Shown: positions 7,044 to 16,260 of the stretch, one piece after another
Layout: each line of letters begins with the position of its first letter
Numbering within the stretch: position 1 is the first letter of the stretch
Source: Myxococcota bacterium
GTDB lineage: Bacteria > Myxococcota_A > UBA9160 > PR03
Direction of reading: 5' to 3'
NCBI GenBank assembly: GCA_041611735.1
Contig: JBFIML010000051.1
Coordinates: forward strand, 1 to 27,841
DNA: 27,841 bases
The notes under the pieces: model-generated
What the model was told of the DNA's origin: nothing
Database searches by the model: none
Seen by the model: only the letters and a program-made list of their open reading frames with translations
Position numbers and translations under genes: made by a program

Positions 7044-8460
7044 CGCCGGGCTCCGGGAACTCGGGCAGGGGCGGGCCGGGCTCCGTGGGCGGCGGCTCGC
7101 GGGGCGGCTCGGGGCGGTCGTCCGGGGCCCGCTCGCCGGTGAAGCGGCGGCGCTGCTCGCGGAAGTAGGCCTCGTTCGGAGCCAGGGCAATGGCCTCGTC
7201 GATGGTGGCGATCGCCTCCTCCTCGCGTCCCACCTGGAACTGCACCTCGGCCAGCGTATCCAGCAGGTTCGGGTCGCCGCGGCGGGTCTCCGACACGGCC
7301 CGCTCCGCCAGCTCGAGGGCGCGCTCCAGGGACTCGGAGGGAGGCCCCGATGCGCCGGTCACCATGAGCCAGGCGGCGTTGTTCAGCACCATGGGCATGG
7401 TCTGCGGCAGGCTCAAGAGCCGCTCGGCGTGGCGGGCCCAGGCCGCCGGACGACCCGCCACCAGCGGCGTCGCTCCCACCAGGGCCGCCACCAGGAGGAT
7501 GGCCAGCAGCGCGTTGGCCAGCACGAGGGCGGGCCGCAGCGCATCGCGACGCAGCCCGGGACCCGTCACGAGCGCGGCGGCAGCGAGCCCCGCCCCGAAG
7601 CCACCGGCATGGGCGGAGCCTGCCACCACGGGCACCACCAGCGGCAGCAGCGCGTTGCCCAGGAGGGCGCCCACGAAGAGGCGGCGCGGAACGCGCCAGG
7701 CCACCGGCAGGCGCTCCGGGGCCCAGAATTCGAGCCAGAGCGCGGCGCCGGCCAGGCCCGAAACGATCCCCGAAGCGCCCACCGCGTACTCGTAGCCCGC
7801 CAGGGCGCCGGCACCCATGGCCCCGAGCGCCGAGCAGCCGAGCACGAAGGCCGTGCGGGCCGCACCGAGCGGGAGCTCCACCAGCGCGCCGACCCCGAGC
7901 AGGCCGATCAGGTTCAGGACCAGATGTGCCACGCCGAGCGAACCGGCGCCGGGCAGGCCGTGCAGGAGGTTCGCGGTGATGGCCCGCCAGGCCTCGCCGT
8001 GGGCGGCCAGGGAGGCGCTGAAGAAGCCCGCGTGCGCCACCACCGGGCCGAGCGCCCGCTCGAGACCCCACACGCCCAGACAGGCCAGGGCCAGCAGCGG
8101 GACGGCCCGTGGAGCACGCGGCAGCCGCACCGCCTCCTCCACCTCGGCCATGCGGGCGAGCTGCGCGGTGCCGTCCGGCTCCTGCGCCACCCGTGCCACG
8201 AGCGATCGCACCAGGCGCTCCGGGTCGCTCGGGTCGGCGAAGTCGGCCCGCCGCAGCCAGAAGACACCCCGTCGCGAGCCGATCCGGACCCAGCGTGCCC
8301 CGAGCTCCAGGTGGGTGAGCTCCCCGTAGCCGACGAACACCTCGCCCGGCACGATGCGCGAGCGCGGCAGCCGCACGCCGGTCTCGTGCAGCGCGACGGG
8401 GTGCCGTCCGCGGCGCAGGGGCAGGCGCTCCGGGGCGGGGGCCAGGCTGGTCGGGGGCAC
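7033..8460 (-). CDS. Rhomboid-family intramembrane serine protease with N-terminal soluble domain and C-terminal TPR-like region
   Basis: EAWRAITANLLH, HLVLNL, catalytic AVGASG and AHAGG. C-terminal LNNAAW...LLDTLAEVQFQVGREEEAIATIDEAIALAP is TPR-like, followed by a Pro-rich tail. Confidence 0.88.
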   Translation of the reverse strand: MPPTSLAPAPERLPLRRGRHPVALHETGVRLPRSRIVPGEVFVGYGELTHLELGARWVRIGSRRGVFWLRRADFADPSDPERLVRSLVARVAQEPDGTAQLARMAEVEEAVRLPRAPRAVPLLALACLGVWGLERALGPVVAHAGFFSASLAAHGEAWRAITANLLHGLPGAGSLGVAHLVLNLIGLLGVGALVELPLGAARTAFVLGCSALGAMGAGALAGYEYAVGASGIVSGLAGAALWLEFWAPERLPVAWRVPRRLFVGALLGNALLPLVVPVVAGSAHAGGFGAGLAAAALVTGPGLRRDALRPALVLANALLAILLVAALVGATPLVAGRPAAWARHAERLLSLPQTMPMVLNNAAWLMVTGASGPPSESLERALELAERAVSETRRGDPNLLDTLAEVQFQVGREEEAIATIDEAIALAPNEAYFREQRRRFTGERAPDDRPEPPREPPPTEPGPPLPEFPEPGVRV

Positions 8461-8479
8461 CCCCGGAAGCTAGCGCGGA

Positions 8480-9790
8480 TCAGGAGCGCCGCGGGACTGG
8501 GATCGAGGGCAGGACACGGCTGAACACGAGGTACACGGCCGCGAACGCGCCCAGGAAGCCGGCGGCGACGCCGAACTGGATCGCCCCGGCCCAGGACCAC
8601 GTCTCGCCGGGCACCAGGGACGGCCACACCAGCACGTTGCGCTCCAGCCAGAAGCCCACCAGGACGGCGAAGGCCACGGAGCCCAGGATCGCCGGCGTCT
8701 GCTTGGGCCGCTGCCCGAGCAGCGTCCAGAAGGGGACGATCCAGCACAGGGCCCACACCGCGAGGGTCGGCTTCACGTAGGGCTCGCGCAGGCGTTCCCA
8801 CATCAGGTTCCAGTCCCACGTGTTCACGAGGAACGTCTCGTTGATGCCGGACTTGTCCTGCAGGAACTGGGTCCCGAGCCGTGCGTAGAGGAAGCCGGTC
8901 TCCTCGGGCAGGTTGCCGTACCAGATGATCAGATATTGCGACCAGAACAGGTACATCCAGAAGATCGAGAAGGCGAAGATCATCTTGCCGAGGTCGTGCA
9001 TGCGCGCGCGGGTGATCTCGGGGCCGAGCGCAGGATCTCGCCGCAGCAGCACCGAGATGAGCGCCGTGGCCGCCACCGCCGACAGGAACCCGCCCCAGGC
9101 GAAGTAGCCCCCGAACAGGTTCGAGAACCACATGGGCGAGAGCGACATCACCTGGTCGAAGGCGATCACCGTGAAGCCGAAGGCGTAGAGCAGGCAGATG
9201 ACCGGGGCGATGCGGCGCAGGATGCGGTCCGAGCGCTCGCGCTCCGCCTCCTCGCCGCGCCAGCCGGCGGTCCAGCGCTCGATCAGCGTGCGGGTCGAGC
9301 CGCTGGCGCGCTCCGCGGCCCCGTGCAGGGCGGGTCTCAACGAGTGGTAGAGGAACGCGAGGCCGAGCAGGACGAAGACCAGCAGGATGCCGAGATCGGT
9401 CAGGAACAGGCGCGGCCCGTTCAGCCAGGCCTGCTTGACGGGCACGGGCTCCTCGATCCAGGGATAGACGTGGCGCCGGCCCAGGAAATCGACCAGGAAC
9501 AGCACGAGTCCCACCGGGAGCCACGCCGCAAGCCCGGCGGCCACGTGACGCACTGGCCCCGGCCAACGCGCGCCGACGATCACGAAGATGGCGCCGAGCA
9601 CCAGGCCGCCGTGGGCGAGGCCGCTCCAGTAGAGATGATTCACGTGGAAGGCGCGCCAGGTCGTCGCTGCGTCGGTGGCCAGTCCGGCGACGAGGGCCAC
9701 GACCCCGAGGGCCACGCCCACCGCGCACGCGGTGAACGCGGCGCGCGGGAGCGCTCGCGGCCGACCCTCTTGCGGGGCGCTCGCGGTCAC
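8480..9790 (-). CDS. actF: Alternative complex III membrane subunit F (NrfD/PsrC-like)
   Basis: About 10 TM helices; KQAWLN, FDQVMSLSPMWFSNLFG, HDLGKMIFAFSIFWMYLFWSQYLIIWYGNLPEE. GTG 9790 overlaps the upstream stop (GTGA). Confidence 0.88.
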   Translation of the reverse strand: MTASAPQEGRPRALPRAAFTACAVGVALGVVALVAGLATDAATTWRAFHVNHLYWSGLAHGGLVLGAIFVIVGARWPGPVRHVAAGLAAWLPVGLVLFLVDFLGRRHVYPWIEEPVPVKQAWLNGPRLFLTDLGILLVFVLLGLAFLYHSLRPALHGAAERASGSTRTLIERWTAGWRGEEAERERSDRILRRIAPVICLLYAFGFTVIAFDQVMSLSPMWFSNLFGGYFAWGGFLSAVAATALISVLLRRDPALGPEITRARMHDLGKMIFAFSIFWMYLFWSQYLIIWYGNLPEETGFLYARLGTQFLQDKSGINETFLVNTWDWNLMWERLREPYVKPTLAVWALCWIVPFWTLLGQRPKQTPAILGSVAFAVLVGFWLERNVLVWPSLVPGETWSWAGAIQFGVAAGFLGAFAAVYLVFSRVLPSIPVPRRS

Positions 9791-10401
9791 GGCTGCTCTC
9801 CTTGCTGCTCCTTCCGCTCCAGGTAGCGGACGTAGTTCACGATGTCCCAGCGGTCCCGGGACGGGATGCGTACGTAGTTCGGCATGCGGCGCCGCCCGTG
9901 GCGGATCGTCACGTAGAGGTGGCCGTCGCTGCGCACCCGGGCGATGCCGCTCGGTCCCGTGAGCGGAAGCACCCCCGCCAGCGGTCCCTGGCCGAAGGGC
10001 GGACCCGCCACCGGCCCGTCGCCGCGGCCGGTGGACCCGTGGCACGGAGCGCAGAAGATGCCGTACTGCGTGCGTCCGTTCTCGAGCGAGCGCAGGTCCG
10101 GCTCGACCGGGCTCTGGAGCGCGTCCGCCTCGGCGTCCGCCACGTTCGAGACGGGCGGCTCCCAGCCGGTCACCGGAATTGCGCCCTCCGGCGGGGACCA
10201 GGCCTCGACGCGGCCCTGTATCGCCTCGCCGCCGCGGTTCACCTCCACCGCCGTGTTCACGGCCTCGTAGGCCTGCACCGCCGGCTGGCGCTTCATCTGC
10301 GGAAACCACTGCCCGCCGTCGAGCTGCTCCCAGCAGGCCAGCGGGCCCGCCAGGGCGAGCGCGGCCAGGGTCGCCGACGCCCGGGCGCTAACCCTCCACA
10401 A
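9787..10401 (-). CDS. actE: Alternative complex III monoheme cytochrome c lipoprotein subunit E
   Basis: Signal peptide ending PLAC (lipobox-like), single CAPCH, G.GDGPV, MPNY and RDRWDIVNYVRYL. TTG start is preceded by SD AAGGAGGTGA. Confidence 0.88.
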   Translation of the reverse strand: MWRVSARASATLAALALAGPLACWEQLDGGQWFPQMKRQPAVQAYEAVNTAVEVNRGGEAIQGRVEAWSPPEGAIPVTGWEPPVSNVADAEADALQSPVEPDLRSLENGRTQYGIFCAPCHGSTGRGDGPVAGPPFGQGPLAGVLPLTGPSGIARVRSDGHLYVTIRHGRRRMPNYVRIPSRDRWDIVNYVRYLERKEQQGEQP

Positions 10402-10891
10402 GGTTCACCTCCTTGGCCGCATGGGCGCGCAGGAGCGCATCGACCTCCGCCACGTCGCGCTCCCCGCAGCGCACCACCAGCCCGAACTCCTCGGCCGAGA
10501 AGCGGGGGCTGTAGGCGGGATCGGCCTTCACGCGCGGGAGCTTGCCCACGGCCAGCAGGCCCAGCAGGGTGGCGAGGCCGCCCAGAAGGATGGTGAGCTC
10601 GAAGGCGATGATGGTGTAGGGAGGAATCGAGGCGTAGGGCTTGCCGCCCACCACCAGAGGCCAGTCGTAGGACATCCAGATCGTCATGGCGTAGCCGGCA
10701 GTCACTCCCGTGAGGCCACCGATCAGCGTCCACCAGCGTACCCGGCTCGGGCGTTCGTCCAGGGCGTCGTCGAGCTCCGGGAAAGGGGCCGGCGAGTAGA
10801 GCTGCAGCTCGCGGAAGCCCCGTCCGCGCAGGCGCCGCACCGTCTCGGCCACCGGACCCGGCTGATCGAAGATCCCCACCAGGGTCGGCAT
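10388..10891 (-). CDS. actD: Alternative complex III subunit D (DUF3341)
   Basis: YSPAPFPELDDAL, two TM helices around DWPLVVGGKP and IIAFELTILLG. ATG 10891 overlaps the actC stop (TGATG). Only the 3' part of the tracked ORF 10388..11947 is coding. Confidence 0.9.
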   Translation of the reverse strand: MPTLVGIFDQPGPVAETVRRLRGRGFRELQLYSPAPFPELDDALDERPSRVRWWTLIGGLTGVTAGYAMTIWMSYDWPLVVGGKPYASIPPYTIIAFELTILLGGLATLLGLLAVGKLPRVKADPAYSPRFSAEEFGLVVRCGERDVAEVDALLRAHAAKEVNLVEG

Positions 10892-12270
10892 CAGTGCGCC
10901 CCTCCGTTGGCGTGGGCCCTCTCGTGGATCTCGAGCTCCTTCACCTCGTTGATGGCGATCACGGGAAAGAGCTTGAGGAAGATCAGGAAGAACATGCTGA
11001 ACCAGGCGAAGCTGCCGGCCAGGATCGAGAGCTCCACCCAGCTCGGCGTGTACTGGCCCCAGACGGCGGGGTTGTACTCGCGCGACAGGCTGCCCACGAT
11101 GATGACGTAGCGTTCGAACCACATCCCGATGTTGACCAGGACCGAAACCACGAAGACCGTCGGAATGTGGGTGCGGGCGCGCTTGAACCAGAACACCTGC
11201 GGAAAGAACGCGTTGCAGCTGATCATGATCCAGGTCGAGATCCAGTAGGACCCGAAGGCCCGCAGCCAGAACGCGGTGCGCTCCGGCTCCACGCCGCTGT
11301 ACCAGGCCACGAAGTACTCGGTCGCGTAGGCGTAGCCCACGATCAGGGACGTGAGCAGGATGAAGCGCGACATGTTCTCGAAGTGGTAGTCGGTGATGTA
11401 GCGCTCCAGCCCGTAGATGCGCCGCACGGGGATCATCACGGTGAGCACCATGGCGAAGCCCGAGAAGATGGCCCCGGCCACGAAGTAGGGCGCGAAGATC
11501 GTGGCGTGCCAGCCCGGCACGATGGAGGAGGCGAAGTCCCAGGACACCACGCTGTGCACCGACAGGACGAGCGGCGTGGCCAGGCCCGAAAGGTGCAGCA
11601 CGGTGCGGTTGTGGGCCTTCCACTGCTTCGTGGTCCCCTGCCAGCCGAGGGCGAGGATCGAGTAGAGGACCTTGCGCCAGCCCGTGGCCCGGTCCCGGGC
11701 GATGGCCAGGTCGGGGACCAGACCCACGTAGAAGAAGACGATCGAAATCGTCGCGTAGGTGGAGATCGCGAACACGTCCCACAAGAGCGGGCTCTTGAAG
11801 TTGACCCAGAGCGCCCGCTGGTTGGGATACGGGAGCAGCCAATAGAACTTGAAGACCCGTCCCAGGTGGATCAGCGGGAAGAGCCCGGCCGTGGCCACCG
11901 CGAACACCGTCATGGCCTCGGCGCTGCGGTTGATGGCGTTGCGCCACTTGGCCCGGAACAGATAGAGGATTGCCGAGATCAGGGTTCCCGCGTGGGCGAT
12001 TCCGACCCAGAACACGAACGTGACGATGTACACGCCCCAGAAGATCGGATGGGAGTAGCCCGCGACGCCGAGCCCCACGTAGGTCTGGTACACGAAGGTG
12101 CCGAGGGCCCAGCCGACGGTGCTCACCACCAACGCGAGCAGCGCCACGTAGCCGATCGTCGGTCGCCCCATCACCGCGAGGATGTCCCGGTTGGCCCGCG
12201 AGTCGGCCGGCGCGGGCATCGGCCGGATCATCGCGGCCACGGATGCGGGCGGAGGCGGCGGAGGCGTCAT
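10891..12270 (-). CDS. actC: Alternative complex III quinol-oxidising subunit C (polysulfide reductase NrfD family)
   Basis: WGVYIVTFVFWVGIAHAGTLISAIL, RSAEAMT, NFKSPLLWDVFAISTY, LATPLVLSVHSVVSWDF, PGWHATIFAPYFVAGAIFSG, NIGMWFER. ATG 12270 overlaps the actB stop (ATGA). Confidence 0.95.
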   Translation of the reverse strand: MTPPPPPPASVAAMIRPMPAPADSRANRDILAVMGRPTIGYVALLALVVSTVGWALGTFVYQTYVGLGVAGYSHPIFWGVYIVTFVFWVGIAHAGTLISAILYLFRAKWRNAINRSAEAMTVFAVATAGLFPLIHLGRVFKFYWLLPYPNQRALWVNFKSPLLWDVFAISTYATISIVFFYVGLVPDLAIARDRATGWRKVLYSILALGWQGTTKQWKAHNRTVLHLSGLATPLVLSVHSVVSWDFASSIVPGWHATIFAPYFVAGAIFSGFAMVLTVMIPVRRIYGLERYITDYHFENMSRFILLTSLIVGYAYATEYFVAWYSGVEPERTAFWLRAFGSYWISTWIMISCNAFFPQVFWFKRARTHIPTVFVVSVLVNIGMWFERYVIIVGSLSREYNPAVWGQYTPSWVELSILAGSFAWFSMFFLIFLKLFPVIAINEVKELEIHERAHANGGAH

Positions 12271-15200
12271 GCTTCTTCCTCGAAGACGCCCCGCTTCACC
12301 TTGGCCAGGTACGTGATGGCGGGACGCGTGTTGAGCTCGTGGAGTGCGTGGTAGGAGCGGACCGGGTCGTGGCTCGCCTGCACCACGCGGCTCTTCTCGT
12401 CCTTCAGGTTGCCGAAGGTGATCGCCTGGGTGGGGCAGGCCTGGGCACAGGCGGTCGTGACCTCGCCGTCGCGGATGGTCCGTCCTTCCAGGGTGGCCGT
12501 GTGCCGCGCGGCGGCGATGCGCTGCACGCAGAACGTGCACTTCTCCATCACGCCCTGGCCGCGCACCGTGACGTCCGGGTTCAGCATCAGCGAGAGGAGG
12601 CCCGGCCAGTTCTCGCGGCTGTAGTCGAAGTAGCTGAAGCGTCGAACCTTGTACGGGCAGTTGTTGGAGCAGTACCGCGTGCCGACGCAGCGGTTGTAGA
12701 TCATCCCGTTCAGGCCCTCGGGAGTGTGGTACGTGGCCAGCACGGGGCAGACGGGCTCGCAGGGCGCGGCACCGCAGTGCTGACAGAGCTGCGGGGTGTG
12801 GCGCACGTCCACGGCGCCGGGCGCCTCCTTCGCCCCGATCGGGAGCTTGCGGCCGCCCTCCAGATCGCCGTCGCCCACCCAGCGTTCCAGGCGCAGCCAC
12901 GACATCTGGCGAGCCTGGAGGGTGCGCGTCTCCCCCACCACCGGCACGTTGTTCTCCACGTAGCAGGCCACCACGCACGCGTTGCAGCTCGTGCAGCGGT
13001 CGAGGTCGATGGCCATGCCCCAGCGGTAGGGGCTGTCGGGCGCCGAGTCCTTGGCGGCGTCGTAGGGCTTGAGGAGCTCGTGCTCGTGGCCATCCCCGTG
13101 CGTCTCGGCGGCCGCCTCCCCGTGGCCGTTCGCGGCCGGGGCGTGAGCGTCTCCGGCGGCCAGGGCCGCCAGGGACACCGCCTCGCCCAGGCGACGCTTG
13201 CGCTGGTTCTGGCTGGTCTGGACCACGGCGACCCGCTGGAAGCGTCCGGTCTTCTGGACCCGGGCCCGGGCCGCCAGCCAGGCGCGGCCTCCCGCCTCGT
13301 CCGTCGCCGCCGGGAGCACCTGGATCACGTTCACGCCGCGGGGCGCATCGGGTCGCCCGTGCTCGGCGTCCGACGCGTAGCGGCCCACCGTGTGCCCCTG
13401 ACCGATCGGGACGCCGATCACGTCGTCGCGGATCCCGCCGCGTGGGAAGGCCGGCACCTCGAGCCGGCCCGCGGGGGTCTCCACCGCCAGCACGTCCCCG
13501 AGCTCCACACCGAGGCGCCCGGCGGTGGCGTGGCTGATCTCCGCCCAGGACTGCCAGGCGACCTTGGTGACCGGGTCCGGCACCTCCTGGAGCCAGGGCA
13601 GGTTGGCGCCGCGACCGTCGTAGAGCAGACCCGAGGTCACCGGCAGCAGCACCCACTCGCCGTCGCCCTCGAGGAGCGGCTCCGCCACCTCGAGCCGGGT
13701 GGCGCCGGGCGTCAGGGGGAGCGACGGCGCCGGCGACGCGCCTTCGAACACCCCACCGCCGGCCAGGGCGGTGCGCCAGTCCGTGTCCGCCCAGGCCTCC
13801 TCGAGCAGGTTGCGGAAGCTCCCGGGCGGGAGCTTCGCGGCCACCTCGGAGCCCATGGCGCGCCCGACGTCCAGGAGCGTGTCCACGAAGGCGCGCGTGT
13901 CGTGCAGCGGACGCACGGTGGGCTGCAGGAGCGATCGCACGCCCAGCCGCGGCGCGGCATCGCCCCAGGACTCGAGCGGCGTGTGATCGGGAAGGATCAG
14001 GTGGGCCCGCGCGGAGGTCTCGTCGGCCGCCGAGGCGAAGGAGACCACGAAGGGCACCTTCTCCAGCGCCGCCGCGAAGCCCGAGGCCACCGGCAGCGAG
14101 TAGAGGGGGTTTGCGTCGGCGACCAGCAGGAGCTTCACCTTGCTCGACTTCATGGCGTCGACGAGCGCGAGCGTCTCCCGGTAGCTCGGTCGGCGGCGGC
14201 CTTCGGCCGGGGCGGGCGGGATGCGCACGCTCCGGCCCACGGCGCCGAGGAGGTGGTTGAGCAGGAGCACGGCGGCGGCGCTGGCCTTGGCGCGCCGTGC
14301 GGTCACCGAGACACCGGGCGGCAGGGCCACGGCGTGGCGCGCGCGCGCCGCGGCACGACCGAGGCGCACGATCGTGGCGGCGTCCACGCCGGTCTGGCCC
14401 GCCACGCGCTCCGGCGCGAAGTGCTCCAGCAGCCCGGCGAGCGCCTGGCGCGCTTCGGGGGAGCCCGCCCCGGCGTCGAGGGCGGCCCGGGCCACCGCCA
14501 GGGCCAGCAGGCCCTCGCTGCCCGGCCGGGCCGACACCCACTCGTCCGCGTTGGACGCGGTCATGGACAGGCGCGGGCCCACGGAGACCAGGCGCGCCGT
14601 GCGCCCGCGCGCCGCCGCCACATCCCGGGCCGCGGCGAGCTGGCGTCCGTGCTCGACCGGCGACGGCCCGATCTCCAGGAAGTCGGAGGCAAAATCGAGC
14701 ACCAGGTCGGTGTCCGAGAGGTCGAAGAGGGGCTCGCTCGCCACGCCGAAGACCGCCGACGTCGCCTCGCGCACCGCCTCCGGCGCGAAGGGCTCGTGGA
14801 CGACGCGGCCGCCGGCGCCCACCGCCGTCAGCCAGCGGTCGATCCAGCGTCCGGCCGTGGGCCCGGGCTCCCCCGAGAGCAGCCAGGTGCCCGGACCCGC
14901 CTCCTGGACCTTGCGGGCCAGGAGCCGGATCGCCTCGTCCCAGGAAACCGGCTCGAGCTGGCCGGCCTGGTTGCGCCGCTGGGGCCCCGGGTAGCGGTCC
15001 GGATGGTAGGTGCGGCCGATGGCCGCCTGGCCGCGCGCACACAGCGAGCCGCGATTGATGGGGTGGCTCGGATTGCCCTCGAGCTTGATGGGACGCCCCT
15101 CCCGCGTCTTCACCAGCAGGCCGCAGCCCGCGGGACACTCCTGGCAGGTGGAGGCGTAGTAGACCGGGATCCCGGGCGTGATCTCCTCGGGCTGGATCAC

Positions 15201-15305
15201 GTAGGGGATCAGCTTCTCCACGGGCTCCGAACAGCCGGCGGCGGCGGCCGCTCCGGCGCTGGCTCCCACCAGCTTCAGGAATTCGCGTCGGTCGATCTCG
15301 GGCAT
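12267..15305 (-). CDS. actB: Alternative complex III subunit B (Tat-exported molybdopterin-oxidoreductase-like domain fused to Fe-S domain)
   Basis: Tat motif DRREFLK with lipobox AAGC; EGRPIKLEGNPSHP; C-terminal Fe-S motifs CTSCNACVVAC, CQHCGAAPCEPVCP, CVGTRYCSNNCP and KCTFC...CAQACP. Confidence 0.93.
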   Translation of the reverse strand: MPEIDRREFLKLVGASAGAAAAAGCSEPVEKLIPYVIQPEEITPGIPVYYASTCQECPAGCGLLVKTREGRPIKLEGNPSHPINRGSLCARGQAAIGRTYHPDRYPGPQRRNQAGQLEPVSWDEAIRLLARKVQEAGPGTWLLSGEPGPTAGRWIDRWLTAVGAGGRVVHEPFAPEAVREATSAVFGVASEPLFDLSDTDLVLDFASDFLEIGPSPVEHGRQLAAARDVAAARGRTARLVSVGPRLSMTASNADEWVSARPGSEGLLALAVARAALDAGAGSPEARQALAGLLEHFAPERVAGQTGVDAATIVRLGRAAARARHAVALPPGVSVTARRAKASAAAVLLLNHLLGAVGRSVRIPPAPAEGRRRPSYRETLALVDAMKSSKVKLLLVADANPLYSLPVASGFAAALEKVPFVVSFASAADETSARAHLILPDHTPLESWGDAAPRLGVRSLLQPTVRPLHDTRAFVDTLLDVGRAMGSEVAAKLPPGSFRNLLEEAWADTDWRTALAGGGVFEGASPAPSLPLTPGATRLEVAEPLLEGDGEWVLLPVTSGLLYDGRGANLPWLQEVPDPVTKVAWQSWAEISHATAGRLGVELGDVLAVETPAGRLEVPAFPRGGIRDDVIGVPIGQGHTVGRYASDAEHGRPDAPRGVNVIQVLPAATDEAGGRAWLAARARVQKTGRFQRVAVVQTSQNQRKRRLGEAVSLAALAAGDAHAPAANGHGEAAAETHGDGHEHELLKPYDAAKDSAPDSPYRWGMAIDLDRCTSCNACVVACYVENNVPVVGETRTLQARQMSWLRLERWVGDGDLEGGRKLPIGAKEAPGAVDVRHTPQLCQHCGAAPCEPVCPVLATYHTPEGLNGMIYNRCVGTRYCSNNCPYKVRRFSYFDYSRENWPGLLSLMLNPDVTVRGQGVMEKCTFCVQRIAAARHTATLEGRTIRDGEVTTACAQACPTQAITFGNLKDEKSRVVQASHDPVRSYHALHELNTRPAITYLAKVKRGVFEEEA

Positions 15306-15314
15306 CGAGGATCC

Positions 15315-15941
15315 TTAGTAGTGGCAGGCAAAGCAGTCCTGCGTCGCCTCGTTCTCGCGGTGGCAGCTGATGCACCAGCCCATCTCGAGCTTTCGGGCCG
15401 GCGTGCCCCAGGGCCACCACTTGGTGTCCGGCACCAGGTAGACCTTGTGCATCTCCTGAACCGGCCCGTGACAGGTCTGACAGGCGACGCCGGCCTTCAC
15501 GTGGCGGTGGTGGGGGAACTGGACGTGTTCGGGAAGCCGGTGGATCTGGACCCACTCGATGGGCTTCTTCTCGTCCCAGTAGCGCTGCAGGATCTGGACG
15601 CCTTCGAGGTCCGCGCCGAACTGACTGTGGCAGCCCATGCAGGACTCGACGGAAGGCACGCCCGCCGCCATGGAGCGGTCGGTCCCCGTGTGGCAGTAGA
15701 GGCACTCGATCTGGTAGGTGCCGGCGTGCAGGGCGTGGCTGAAGGGAATCGGCTGCTTGGGTCCGGGCGCGCTCTCGTCTCCGGCCAGGGTCTGGGCCTC
15801 GCGCGCCGCGGCCGACGACTGGCCCTGGGCGCCCACCGGCTCGGGGCCCGGCAGGGCCAGCAGCGAGGCGGTCACCAGCGCGCTCGCCCCCAGCAGACCG
15901 AGCGCGCGTCGCGAGGGACGCCACCGTGCACGCGAAGCCAT
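15315..15941 (-). CDS. actA: Alternative complex III pentaheme cytochrome c subunit A
   Basis: Five CxxCH motifs (CLYCH, CMGCH, CQTCH, CISCH, CFACH), QPIPFSHALH and LEMGWC. Start set at ATG 15941 (MASRARW), preceded by GAGGTGG. Confidence 0.92.
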   Translation of the reverse strand: MASRARWRPSRRALGLLGASALVTASLLALPGPEPVGAQGQSSAAAREAQTLAGDESAPGPKQPIPFSHALHAGTYQIECLYCHTGTDRSMAAGVPSVESCMGCHSQFGADLEGVQILQRYWDEKKPIEWVQIHRLPEHVQFPHHRHVKAGVACQTCHGPVQEMHKVYLVPDTKWWPWGTPARKLEMGWCISCHRENEATQDCFACHY

Positions 15942-16011
15942 TTCCCACCTCGACGCCGGGTTCGCTTCCGCTCCTGGCGGCCCCGGGACCGGAGGGAGAC
16001 GGACATCCGGT

Positions 16012-16063
16012 CCGGCTGCGAGCCATCCCCGCCAGCGAATCACCGGCTGCGAACCGGCTGCAA
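16012..16063. repeat. Three direct repeats CCGGCTGC(G/A)A upstream of actA
   Basis: Copies at 16012-16021, 16043-16052 and 16054-16063; the last two are 11 bp apart. Confidence 0.55.
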
Positions 16064-16150
16064 ACCATCGGGCTTCGCGCCCGGCGTCGACTGGAGGAGA
16101 ATCCTGACCCGAAAGCCGGCGCGACCCCTCCTGCCGGGCGCTGGGGTGCT

Positions 16151-16179
16151 TGCTTAGACCTTCCCTCGGGCGCCGTCAA
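16151..16179 (-). promoter_or_regulatory. Putative sigma70-type promoter of the act operon
   Basis: TTGACG (16179-16174) - 17 nt - TAAGCA (16156-16151). The -35 is good, the -10 imperfect. Confidence 0.35.
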
Positions 16180-16260
16180 CATCCGCAGGGCCCGAAAAGG
16201 CTGACGTCGGGTCAGCTCCCGCGGGGGGAGCAAGGCTCGTGCCCCGGCGTGCAACCCGGT

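Noticed and set aside
12243-16157. 1304-aa plus-strand ORF
   Set aside because: Antisense shadow of actB/actA with no recognisable motifs.
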